Origin: the human T2T-CHM13v2.0 reference genome, Homo sapiens
Strand: one strand, 5' to 3'
Assembly (NCBI RefSeq): GCF_009914755.1
Contig: NC_060937.1
DNA: 64,000 bases
Under the pieces are notes generated by a model. That model searched no databases. It was not told where the DNA came from and was given only the letters and a program-made list of their open reading frames with translations. The stretch's first letter is position 1; each line of letters starts with the position of its first letter. Positions 38,174 through 50,744 of this stretch are shown here, in pieces. The translations under genes and the position numbers were made by a program.

Positions 38174-40543
38174 TGTTATTAGTCCATTTTCATACTGCTA
38201 TAAAGAACTGCCCAAGACTAGGTAATTTATAAAGGAAAGAGGTTTAATTAACTCACAGTTCAGCATGACTGGGGAGGCCTCAGGAAACTTAAAATCATGG
38301 TGAAAAGTGAAAATAAAGCAAGGCATCTTCTTCACAAGGTGGCAGGAAGGAGAAGGGCCAAGTGAATGGGCAAAATCACCTTATAAAACCATCAGATCTC
38401 ATGAGAACTCACTCACTATCATGAGAACAGCATGAAGGTAACCATCTTCATGATTAAATTACCTCCACCTGGTCTCTACCTGGACATGTGAGGATTATCG
38501 GGATTACAATTCAAGATGAGACTTGGGCGCAGACACAAAGCCTAACCACATAATTCTGCCACTGGCCCCTCCCAAATCTCATGTCCCTTTCACATTTCAA
38601 AACCAATCATGCCTTCCCAACTGTCCCCCAAATTCTTAATTCATTCTAGCATTAATCCAAAAGTCCAACTTTAAAGTCTCTTCTGAGACCATAAGCCTTC
38701 TGCCTATGAGCCTGTAAAATTAAAAGCAAGTTAGTTTCTTCCTAGATACAAAGGGGGTAAAGGCCTTAGATAAATACACCCATTCCAAATGAGAGACACT
38801 GGCCAAAACAAAGAAGCTACAGGCCCCATGCAAGTCTGAAATCCAATAGGGCAGTAATGAAATCTTAAAGCTCCGAAATAATCTCCTTTGACTCCATGTC
38901 TCATATCTAGGTCAGGCTGATGCAAGAGGTGGGCTCCCACAACCTTGGACAGCTCCACTCCTTTGGCTTTGCATGGTACAACCCCACTCCTGGCTGCTTT
39001 CATGGCTGGCATTGAGTGTCTGCGGCTTTTCCAGGCACACAGTCCAATCTGTCAGTGAATCTACCATTCTGGGGTATGCAGCATGGTGGCCCTCTTTTCA
39101 CAGTTCTACTAGGTCCCTAGTAGAGACCCTCTGTGGGAACTACAACCCCCCATATCCCTTCTTTACTTCCCTAGCAGAGGTTCTCCATGAGGGCTCCGCC
39201 CCTTCAATACATCTCTGCCTGGACATCCAAGCATTTCCCTATATCCCTGGAAATCTAGGCAGAGGTTCCCAAACCTCAATTATTGTCTTCTGCACACCCA
39301 CAGGGCTAACACCACATGGAAGCCATCAAGGCATGAGGTTTACAACCTCTGAAGCCATGGCCTGAGTTGTATCTTGGTCCCTTTTAGCCACAGCTGGAGC
39401 AGCTAGGACACAGGGCATCAAGTCCCAAGGATGCACATAGCAAGGGGCCCCTAGGCCTGGCCCACAGAACCATTTTTTCTTCCTAGGCCTCCAGGCCTGT
39501 GATGGGACAGGCTACCATGAAGACTTCTGACATGCCCTGGAGACATTTTCCCCATTGTCTTGATATTTAACATTTAGCTCTCTGTTACTTATGCAAATTT
39601 CTGCAGCCAGCTTGGATTTCTCCTAAGGAAACAAGTTTTTCTTTTCTACCACATCATCAGGCTGCAAATTTACCAAACTTTTATGTTCTGCTCCCCTGTT
39701 AAACATAAGTTCCAATTCCAAACCCTCTCTTTGTGAATGCATAAAACTTAATGCTTTTAGGAGCACCCAAGTCAGCTCTTGAATGCTTTGCTGCTTAGGA
39801 ATTTCTCTCACAAGATACCCTAAATCATCTTTCTCAAGTTCAAATTTCCTCGGATCTCTAGAACAAGGGCAAAATGCCACCAGTCTCCTTGCTATAGCAT
39901 AGCAAGAGTCACCTTTAGTTCCTAACAAGTTCCTTACCTCCATCACAGACCACCTCAGCCTGAAATTCATTGTCCATTTCACTATCAGCTTTTTGGTCAA
40001 AGCCATTCAACAAGTTTCTAGGAAGTTTCAAACTTTCCCACATTTTCCTGTTTTCTTCTGAGCTTTCCAACTATTCCAGCACCTGCCTGATTCCCAGTTC
40101 CAAAGTCACTTCCACATTTTCGGGTATCTTTATAGTAGCACCCCACTGCTGGTACCAATTTACCATATTAGTCCGTTTTCATACTACTGTAAAGAACTGC
40201 CCCAAACTGGGTAATTCATAAAAGAAAGAGGTTTAATTGACTCACAGTTCAGCATGTCTGGGGAGGCCTCAGGAAAATTACAATTATGGCAGAAGACAAA
40301 GGGAAAGCAAGGCACCTTCTTCACTAGGTGGCTAGAAGGAGACGTGCCCAACAAAGTGGGAAAGAGCCCCTTATAAAACCATCAGATCTCGTTTGAACTC
40401 ACTCACTATCATGAGAACAGCATGGGGGAAACCACCCCCATGATTCAACTATCTCCACTTGGTCTCTCCCATGACACATGGGGATTATAGGGATTACAAC
40501 ACAAGATGATATTTGGGTGGAGACACAAAGTCTAACCATATCA
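38174..40543 (-). mobile_element. Complete THE1D MaLR provirus (LTR 38174-38553, internal ~1.6 kb, LTR 40164-40543)
   Basis: Two homologous LTRs (attagtcc.ttttcatac..gcctcaggaaa..acacaaag.ctaacca.at.a) flank typical THE1-int sequence (ggcccctcccaaatctcatgtcc...ggtaccaatttac). Confidence 0.93.
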
Positions 40544-40871
40544 CAGTTGTATATGTTTTGGCCTGCAGGATTTTTCTTAATGGTGAGACACAGTTTCAAA
40601 TTGAGAGGTTTTCACACTTCTCTTGAAAACTTTGAAAAGCTAGAAATACTGAGCCTGTGTTTTGTTTCTACCTGAAACCAGCTGCATAGCACCCTTCTGG
40701 ATAGAACATGGTCTCTATGACTCATCCTAGAGTTCTCTCCTAGGATTGTCAGCCATTTAGGCTATTTAACTGGGCCCTATAGACTCTTTTCATGACTACT
40801 GTGGTTACTATTACTATTGTTTGCTAAGAGTTAAATCTTTAAGTATGAAAATGAAAATGTTTCTGAAGAAT

Positions 40872-41226
40872 TGATATGGTTCGACTTTGTGTCCCACCCA
40901 CATTTCATCTCAAACATTAATTCCCATGTGTCAAGGGAGTGAGGTGATTGGATCATGGGGGCAATTTCCTCCATGCTGTTTTCATGATAGTCAGTGAGTT
41001 CTTATGAGACCTGATGGTTTGAAAAGAGGCTCTTCACCCTTTACTCGCATATCTCTCTCACCTGCTGCCATGTAAGATGGTGCCTGCTTCCCCTTCCACT
41101 ATGATTGTAAGTTTTCTGAGGCCTCCCCAGCCATGCAGAACTGGGAGTCAATTAAACTTGCTTTCTTTATAAATTACCTAGTCTCTGGTGGTTTTCTTTA
41201 TAGCAGTGTAAAAACGGACCAACACA
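40872..41226 (+). mobile_element. THE1C/D-like solo LTR
   Basis: tgatatggtt..tgtgtccc..gattggatcatggggg..gaggcctccccagccatg..tatagcagtgt.aaaacggac.aacaca. Confidence 0.88.
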
Positions 41227-41289
41227 ATAATCATAACTAATATCAGACACCTCAAAAATTCTATGTTTAAGAAAATCTTTTGCCTTTTA

Positions 41290-41990
41290 AAAAAAAATAG
41301 TTTCAGAGCATGTTTAGTTTCACAGCAAAATTGAGTGGAAAGCATAGAGTTCCTATATATCCTGTGACCACACCCATGTACAACCACCCTGCCTCTATCT
41401 GCTATGAACATCCCACACCAGTGACCTGTTTGTTACAGCTGATGAACCTGCACTGAGACATCATCATCACCCAGAGTTCATAGTTTACATTATTGTTCAC
41501 TCTCAGTGGTGTACAGTATATGGGTTTTGACAAATGTTTAATGACATGTACCCACAACTATAGCATCATACAGAGTAGTTTCACTGCCATAAATATCCCC
41601 TGTTCTCCACCTGTTTATCCTCCTCTCCCCACTAACCTCTGGCAAGCACTGATCCCTTTGTCTTCATAGATTTGCCTTTCCCAGAATATCATATAGTTGG
41701 AATGATATGTAGCCTTCAGATTGTCTTCTTTCACTTCATAATATGCATTCAATCTTCCCCTGTGTCTTTTCTTAGCTCGATAACTCTTTTTTTTTTTTAA
41801 GTGCTGAATATGGGTTCATTGTTAGGATGTGCCACAGTTTACCCATTGAAAGGTATTTTGGTTGTTTAATGGCTTGGGCAATTATGAATAAAGTTGCTAT
41901 AAACATTTGTTTACAGGTTTTCTTGTGGGCAAAAGTTTTAAACCCATTTGTGTACATACCCAGAAGAACAACTGCTAGATTGTATGAAAC
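41290..41990 (-). mobile_element. L1MC/MD-like 3' region
   Basis: tttcacagcaaaattgagtggaaag..catcatcacccagagttcatagtttacatt..aataaagttgctataaacatt. Confidence 0.85.
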
Positions 41991-44299
41991 ATTTTTCATT
42001 GCTCTCTTTTTGACTGAAGCCTTATTGAAGGGTAGGATAGAGGGATAGAGGAGTTTTTTTCAATAGAAAGTTCATCTCAGAAGGCAGAAAGCAACCTGAG
42101 TGGGAATTTGACAAGTTCAGGCTTTCTCTCACCTGACACTAGAGTGCCTGTTTAATTCAGAGCTAGAACACAACTTATTATTTTTTCTGTGAAACTACAA
42201 GGCATGAAAGTAAAAGCAATGGTAAACTTTCAGAGCACAATGCTACCTAGATTTATGTGGCCCATGACATTTATAATTAATTTTTCAAAATTTATTTCTT
42301 ATTTGAATCATCGTCTGTGTGACAACTTAAGAAGTCATTGCTAGGGACCAGTAGGAATCAGCTAAATAAATCATATCAGATCTCAATGAAACTCTCCATT
42401 TGGCCCATGTTAGATTAATGAAATACTCAGGTATTCTAAGCTGTGTTTACTGGCTTTGTGTCAGGTAACACTACTTAGTATACTAATGGAGAAAACTTTC
42501 CCACCCTTTGTGGTTTCACAGCAGTTTTATTTTCATGGATGATATGTAATGTGCTGCCAACACTCTGACCTCTCGTTACAGCCTGAAATTTCTTATCAGT
42601 TTTATTTTAGAAAAATAAATTGCAGAGAACACTTCCTAGACTTCAATGCTAGGAAACATGCTGGCACGTGGTAAGTTTATTCTCATATTTCCATTTTTTA
42701 AAACATATTTGAAATTACCATAAACTCTAGGAAATGGTAGCATTTCCTTAAGAGGTAAGAGTTGATAAAGGTGAATCTTCACCCACAGTTCCTGTAAAAA
42801 AGAGGGATTAGACAAGTTATCTATCACCTTCAAGAAGTTGTATAAATTACCTTGTTTTTATTTAGCTCATGAGCTTTAATTAAATTTTTTTATTAAAGCT
42901 CATGGGCTTTAAATGATGACATTCATATGGCATCTGTTGATGTGAGAATATAAGGCCACAGTTAGAACACTGGTAACATGCAGAAAAAAATTCTAAGGTT
43001 TAGATAAAATCATTGGAAAGAGTGTTTCTTACTTTCTTACTTAGCTTTTCCATTCAAGATGAATAAATGCTGCCTTAACACTAAAGAACTTTATTTTCGA
43101 ATAGTTTATGGTATGATTTAAAGTTTTTACTTTAAATCACAAATGGTAATAGCATTGTCAGGAGACAATGACACATTAAATATATTCAGAGCTTAGTATT
43201 GGGAGGGAATTTCGAGGCATTTGATCTAACTACCTCAGTTTACTGGTGAGAAATCCAAAATCCACAATGGTTTCAGATTACCTATGAATGTAATATTGGC
43301 CTCATAGGTAATATTGGCCTCAATCCAATTCATGAGATAATTGGTTAAGTGAATGTGTGTCTACAAACACAGTGCAGAAAGCCAAGAAAGTGTAGCAAGC
43401 ACAGGAGAAGCAGGAAGGCATTCTATTCCCTGGCTTAGAACATTTACTAGAATACAACCTTAACATTCAGAGTTTTCAGATGATGCTTAAGGTTTCATTT
43501 GCTAAACTAGTAGCTATATCTTCACAGGCAAAGATAAATTAAAACATATATATGTTTTCTGAACCCACTGCTATTTATTGATGAAGGCTAAATGGCCAAT
43601 TGAAGACAAACACATGGAAATTAAAATCTCAGATAAAGTTGAAAACAAATGTTGAGACATTTGTTTTGGTTACTGAAGCCCAATAAACAAACACTTTCCA
43701 AGGAAGCTTCCCTGTTCCATTTATTTACTTATTTTTGGCAATCTCTGTTCACGTTTATTTTTCCACTTGTGCAACTACACAAGAGCTGCTCTTAAAAGAC
43801 ATTTCCCAGTGCAAACAGAGCTGTTGCTTCCACCTTTTGTATTATTTCTACGTTGTTAATTCTTTTGTAAAGTGGTTTAGACCACATTGATTAACTGACA
43901 AACACTCCACAGCCTGATCTTAATCTCTCATACTCTATCCCCTTGTCCTCTCACTGCCCTCAAAACCCAAAGCAGTGAGAAGGAAACAATACATAGGAAA
44001 ACATTCTTCATTTATTCATTTGTTCTCTCTTTCAAAAAACATCTCCTTCATGCTAATTTCCTGCTGCATGCCATATTAGAAAATAAAGAAACAGTATATT
44101 CTATGTCAGAAAAAAACAGCATTGAAGGAAAAACGTAGACACCTAAGTGACCAGCCCTCATATTTGGCATAAGAAACATTTTAGAGCCGCTTTGACAGGA
44201 GACCTAAAGGACACTTTACTCAGAGAGGGGACCAGGAAAGCTCTGGCAGAGATAATGGGCCCCCACTCAACAAGAGTGCTAAAAATAGCAGTGAGAACA

Positions 44300-44520
44300 G
44301 GGACCCCACACAGGCGGAACAGTGTGTGCCAATGCGCAGAGGCAGGGGCCGCCTGACATGGTAACCACTGTCGCCGGCAATACAGGGATGCCCAGTAATG
44401 GCCATGAGAAGCAGGCAGGTATTCCTCATGTGCAGGAAGTGCACGCCTGGGCAAAGCCAAGGGCAGCAGGTCCTCAGGGAGTGATGGGAAACGAGAGAGA
44501 AGCAGGCGAGCACAAGGTGA
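44300..44520. promoter_or_regulatory. CpG-retaining promoter-like island with tandem RFX X-box-like sites
   Basis: CCAAT 44329, TGCGCA 44333, CCTGACATGGTAAC 44352-44365, GTCGCCGGCAAT 44370-44381, CAGGAAGT 44433, donor AAG|GTGAGG at 44516/44517. Confidence 0.55.
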
Positions 44521-44774
44521 GGTTAAACAGGAAGACGCACAACGTTTAACAAACCCCTGGACTTCACCACCACCGGGAAAATCATAAAGAAGAGCTGCCT
44601 TGATTTACTCACTGTTAATGTTAAACATTTCTAAAGAGTAGACCAACAACGCAGAAACATGTATATGGAGACAATAGCGAGCCTGGGAGTAATTTTTGGC
44701 GTATGACAAAAGTGGTATTTTAATGTAAAGAGAGACATTATTTAATATTTTTTGTTGGCTCAGTCAATTTATTA

Positions 44775-45230
44775 ATACACTATTTTTTGGATCAGGGTTT
44801 GGTTTTCAGAAAAATGAGCAGAAAGTGCAGTGTTTCTATACACACCTTCATGCCTCATCCCCCTTAGTAAGATCTCGCCTTAGAGAGGTACATTTGTTAT
44901 AATTGACGACCTTGAGTTTGGTGATGGCTTTTTACATACAACACCAAAAACACAATTCAGGAATTAAAAAAAAAAGGTAAGCTGCACATCATTAAAATTA
45001 AAACCTTCTGCTCTGTGAAGACCATTAAAAGAATAAGAAGACAAGCCACAGACTAAAAGAAAGTATTTGAAAATATACCTTTCTTATAAAGAGCTGGTAT
45101 CCAGTTCCAAAATATACAAAGAACTCATAAAACCCAGGAAAAGAAAACAACGAACCCAATGAAAATAGGGGTTTTTAAGATCAGAACAGACACCTCATCA
45201 GAGAAGATATACAAAAGGAAATTAAGCGTG
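44775..45230. mobile_element. Old L1M element: antisense 3' end fused to a sense ORF2 piece
   Basis: Minus-strand 3' UTR 44775-44908 abuts plus-strand ORF2 (cttgagtttggtgatgg..aagacaagccacagact..aacagacacctcatcagagaagatatac). Confidence 0.7.
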
Positions 45231-45514
45231 TTATTTTTAAAAGAGTTGTCTTCACTTCGCACCCTAGAGCTAGCAAATTGTAAATTGATAAAAGCTTTTA
45301 AGGTAAAACATACAAATATATATATATATATAAGGCCTGTTTTGTTAGTATACAATAAAAAAGCCTTTCTCAGCCTTAGAAGACACAATAGAGCCAAAGA
45401 CTGATAAGTCTTACTGCATAAAAACATAAGAAAAAAACATTTTTTTCATCAGAGACCACAATAATATTGTCCTGCAGTATTTTTATAGTACACTGCACAT
45501 ATTTTCTCTGACAG

Positions 45515-45600
45515 AGTTCAAGAAATATTTGCATTCCAAGACTTCAAGATAAAAAAGCCACACAGGCCCTGAAGCAGAGCTTACGTCTCCTGGAGCGAAA
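45515..45600 (+). other. Candidate internal exon (86 nt) of an unidentified transcript
   Basis: Acceptor attttctctgacag, donor AAA|GTAAGT; apparently non-repeat sequence. Confidence 0.4.
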
Positions 45601-45658
45601 GTAAGTAAAAATCCCCTGTATGTAAGAAAATCCCTTCTAAGCCATTCTTGTCATGCTT

Positions 45659-45966
45659 CTTATTTTTTATTTTTTATTTTCTTGAGTCAGGGTCTCTCTG
45701 TGTCTCCCAGGCTGGAGTGCAGTGGTGTGATCTCCACTCACTGCAGCCTCGACCTCCCAAGGCTCAAGTGATCCTCCCACCTCAGCTTCCCAAGTAGCTG
45801 GGACCACCTGCGTGTGCCACCACACCCAGCTAATTTTTGTATTCTTTGTAGAGATGGGGTTTCACTATGTTGCCCAAACTGGTCACAAACTCCTGGGTTC
45901 AAGGGAGACGCCATCCTTGGCCTTCCGAAGTGCTGGGATTATAGGCATGAGCCACCTCGCCTGGCC
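45659..45966 (-). mobile_element. AluJ SINE
   Basis: cagggtctc, gcagcctcgacctcc, ctcaagtgatcctcccacctcagc J-type motifs. Confidence 0.92.
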
Positions 45967-46514
45967 CTTCTTGCCATATTTCTGACATTCTTTCTGTGCA
46001 TGTGAACTGAAGTCTTGTATTTTGGAACCAAACCAAATGTTTAATTAAAAAGTGAAATGAATACTTCTTTATATCTCACTTCTTTCATCTCAACCTCAAA
46101 GAAGCAAGAGTGGGAGGGTGACAAGATGATAAATTAAAAAGCAAGAAGCCCAGACACCTCTAGGGATTCACAACCTCCACATTTGTCCCCAAGTGGCACA
46201 GCTGTGTGATCCTCAAACAAGACTACACACAGAGGTCCTGTAGATGGGAGCTCAGCAACGAGGGTTATCTACTCTTTACATAACATCCAATTATTTTTCT
46301 AATTCTGAGACTTGGCACCTTCCTCCAATATTATGAGCTAACAATTGACATTCCAGGTATTATTCTCTGCTAGGAGTAGATGTGCTCAGTCCCAATGTGC
46401 TGACTTCTTTCTAAGCCTTTTGTTCTATAAAAGATGTTCCTGGGCATCAAATTCAATTTTTGTAGAAGGTACACAGGATTCTGTGGTTAAGAAAAGCATT
46501 GATATGTTTTGTAC

Positions 46515-47760
46515 CTAGCAAATCTCAACACAGATTTCGACCTAGTGCTGTCTTCTGCAAGGTGGTGCATATTACAGGTCTAGAACTTTACAGATATTAT
46601 AATTGTATACAGTACGATATACACTAAATTCTCCATATTGATAATACATAGTCACTATCAATTTGTTAATGATTTTGCTTTTCTCTCAATTCATATTTAT
46701 CAAAACAAAATTATTCTTAAAATATATTTCTTCTAAGGATTCTTTGCAGACTATATCAAATTTTGCCTTTAAATGTAAGAACATCTCTGACTAATGGCAA
46801 TGTAACCTAATCAAGGGTATTAGAGGTGAATAAAAGACATTAAGATTGTCTTTAACATCATCATGTTTTTGGAAAAGAAATCCATTTGTACATGAGGAGA
46901 CACCTTTTAATACTTCACTGTGGGACCTAAAGCCACCTTTAAAATATAGAGTAAAAATCAGAGTATTCATCCTTGATTTTAACTGTCCTTCTAAAAGACC
47001 AAAATTTAGAGAATTATTTTGTTAAAAGAACCCATAAAACAAAATCCTGAAGGATAAATAAAGACCCAAGCTATGGATTAAACCCAAGGTCTAAAATTTA
47101 TCATTAAAAATTATAAAAGGATAAATAATTTATATGCTTTCTTCTAAAAATGAGATCTTGTCCATTTTTTTACTATAGTCTTTTCCTTAGTAGAAAAAAG
47201 AATTAAATATAATTTAGAAATGTCCTTGTATTAATCAAAACTATTTATTAACATGAAGTAATTAAACTTGAATGAAATCGTGCTATGATTTGCATAAATA
47301 TTCACATCTAATGTCATTTATGAACTAAACAATTGAGAAGAATATTAGACACATTTTCCAGTTGCAGAAAATTAGTGTTAAGAAAATGCTATGAGAAACA
47401 TTCCTTTTCCTCTGTATCAAACTTCCAAAACTCTACTCTCTATATAAATTCTCTAAACACTTCCTACCACCATGATGTAAAATGAAAAATCATATTCTTT
47501 TCTGACATGCATATTTTGTTTTCAATTAGGTCAAAAATATTTTCAAGTTTTCAAAACTTTTTTTTGAATTATGCTAGCAAATCTCAACACAGATTTTCAC
47601 ATGGTGCTGTCTTCTGCAAGGTGGCATATACCGTAGGTCTAGAAGTTTACAGATATTGTAATTGTATATGGTATAATATACACTAAATTGTGCATATTAA
47701 TAATACAAAGTCATTGTGGATTTTTTAGTGTGATTTTCCTTTTCTCTCAACTCATATTTC
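46515..47760. repeat. Pair of diverged ~185-bp direct repeats (46515-46700 and 47574-47760)
   Basis: Both begin ctagcaaatctcaacacagattt..gtgctgtcttctgcaaggtgg..aggtctagaa.tttacagatatt. Confidence 0.93.
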
Positions 47761-48434
47761 TCCAGGCAAAAAGAGCCAACAGAATTCTAAATTGAACTAA
47801 GAAAACAAACAGACACTGGCTCTTTTCCCAGCTTTTGCCCTGGTCTCAGCTCCCAGCCCTTCTCAATCATCTCAAAGACTGAGTTAAAAAAGGCAGTAGG
47901 TTATTCACATTCTTATGTTGAGGTAGTCCCTTTTTTACCCGTTACATATTTTCCTTGGCTTTTCAAACATTGGCTTTGACCCTCATCTTCCTAGTATTTC
48001 CTGGGAGGCTGAACCCTACTAAGGAAAGTTTTCTCTATTTACCCATAAATGTGTGAATTCTGCCATTTTGTGTACTCCAAGTTAAAGATCATTTTTTTTG
48101 TGTGTCCTACAGTAACTATAAATCACCAGCAACCTTCAAAAAACTTTCTGATATTCCAAAGAAATGCAAATACAAAATGTGAAGTTCGAGCAAATACAAA
48201 GTTTGTATTTTGCCTGGTTCTCTAAAATGAAAGAAAAAAAAATAAACTTGTGTCTGAATTAATGAAATAATCTAATTATCAACTAACATACAATGCATAT
48301 TACATATATTTGAAGAAATGTTAGATTACATCAGAAGTTACATAAGTGCATTTATTTATACAACCACCCAACAAAGATCAATTGCATATGAAATAAGTAA
48401 GAGGAAAATAAAAGAAATGGGTATGTGAAATGGG

Positions 48435-48926
48435 TGTAATGACACATGGCAGGTGGTGAAGGGTCAACTCAGCAGGCCCAGGCTGCCCAAGCCCTGCCCA
48501 TTCAAAATAAAGGCCTGTTTCATGAGGACTGGCCCCTGCCTGGCTCCTGGGACATGCCCTCTCAGTCACTGGAATACTCTGCCCTATGAGAGCAGCACTA
48601 TGTCTACTCAGCTAGTTCCCAGAGAAACCCTAGACACGAAGGCTTGGGTGAGCTTCCTTGGCAGCTACACTTTGTGGGTGTTGTCTCACTGCATTGCTGA
48701 GAGAAGCATGTGCTGTCTATAGAATTTCACTGGGAGACGGTAACTGGAAGCTTGCACCTCATTTCTCCTGGGCTTGCCCTATGCACCTTTTCCCTTTGCT
48801 GATTTTAATCTGTATATTTTAACTGTTGTAAACCACAATCATCAGCAGCATACAGCTTTTCCAAGTCCTATGAGTCCTTCTAGGAAATCATGGAGCCTGA
48901 GGGTGGTCTTGGGGAACCCGGACACA
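48435..48926 (+). mobile_element. MER77/MER68-like ERVL solo LTR
   Basis: tgtaa..actcagcaggccc..aggactggcccc..gagtccttctagg..gagggtggtcttggggaaccc.gacaca. Confidence 0.7.
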
Positions 48927-49949
48927 CATGGATGTGCATAGGATGGGCAGACACATAAAAGCAGAGATAGTTCCGACGGATTGAGGGAAGAGGTCAGAAG
49001 ATGTATGGTCTGAATCTTGAAGAGGAAAAGAACAGTACTTTCATCTCTGCGTATCTACTAATACCAGATACAGTGCTTTGTGATTTTATATAAATTATTT
49101 TATTTAATATTCCTAAATGTTTTTTGACATAGGAATTATTATCCAACTCTATTTTACTAACAATTAGGTTTACAGTTAGAGTTAATCTAATAAGAATCAC
49201 ACATAGATTAAAGAAATGGATTTAAGGTTCCAAGCTATGTCTGTTAGACTCCAAGGTTTGTGTTTCTACACAATTCTATGGGCCCAGAGGGCATTATTCT
49301 ATGTAACCTGTTAAGTAAATTGCCAATATCTGGGAGAGGGTACAGAATAGAGAGGAAGGAAAGGATGTTGCTGGACCAAATAAAAAGCATGCATATCAAA
49401 TTTTGAAATTTACTATGTAGGAGATACAGGTATATTGAGTAAGAGAAAGTTTTGTTGCTGTTGTTTTGCTTTGTTTTTGCCTCCAATAAGCTTCTAAACT
49501 GAGAAGCATGAGAGTGAAAGATGAAACCGATGTACAGGTATTATAATATTAAGTATTTGAGGATAAGATACTTATGATATATGACAAAAGCCTTGTTACA
49601 GAGGTTCAAAAATAAGGACAGGTGTTTGTGGAGAGCAGACAACATCCACAGATTAAAGAGTATTCAGTAGAGAACAGAAGATGTAGAATATTTATATTAG
49701 CAAGGAAAAACAAGAGGAAAAGGCATTCCAAAAAAGCAGATACCATTGTTAATGCCTTACATCAAATCAGAAACTGTGCTTGTTGCTTGATATAATGATA
49801 AGGAAGGCTCAGTTTCTTGCCCTTGGGAAGTTCATAATCTAGTTTTTAAAAACTGATGTGTAACCAAATCGTTTCAATAATAGATCTTTATCAGAAAAGA
49901 GCTAAGAATGAAGGGCTATCCACATTGGAACAGAAAACCTACTAGTTAG

Positions 49950-50222
49950 GTGTAGAATAGTAAGAATGTCTTTCCAGGTTCCAATCCACCTGCCTGACCC
50001 CAAAACTCATGCTCACAACCAGGCAAGTGGGTGAGATTTCCAGCTCTACCATTTCCCAAGCTATGTTACCTTTGGCAACCTATCTAAGTTCCATGAATGT
50101 CTATTTTTCTCATATGTAAAACAGAAATGCTTTTATTTACCAACTCACATTAAAAAAAAACTGTCATAGTACAGTGAGTGATATGCAACAAACACTCAAT
50201 AAAAGTTTGCTGTTACTATTAA
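49950..50222 (+). mobile_element. MIR SINE
   Basis: ccagctctacc..ctatgttacctttggcaa..tttctcatatgtaaaac..cactcaataaaagtttgctgttactatt. Confidence 0.65.
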
Positions 50223-50441
50223 TACACATGAAGATGAATGAAATTTAAATGAGAAATATTTAAGTGTGGAATAGATGGTATGGATTTTAGAAGGGGGCAG
50301 CACCAAAGTCACACTGAAGTGTCAAAACTAGGGAGCTGGAAGAATGTATTAGACTGTGAGCTCTCAATTACTGTACGACTTTTATATGGATTTTTTGTGT
50401 TTTCAGAAATCATGCCATTGTTTAAATAAATGCAATACAAA

Positions 50442-50744
<303 letters not shown>

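Noticed and set aside
38731-40221. ORFs of 83-130 aa
   Set aside because: They are broken frames in the THE1D internal region, with no intact retroviral protein.
43642-43667. 11-bp hairpin aaaacaaatgt-tgag-acatttgtttt (similar short stems near 8022, 21111 and 48192)
   Set aside because: Short AT-rich stems are expected by chance and are too short for a pre-miRNA.
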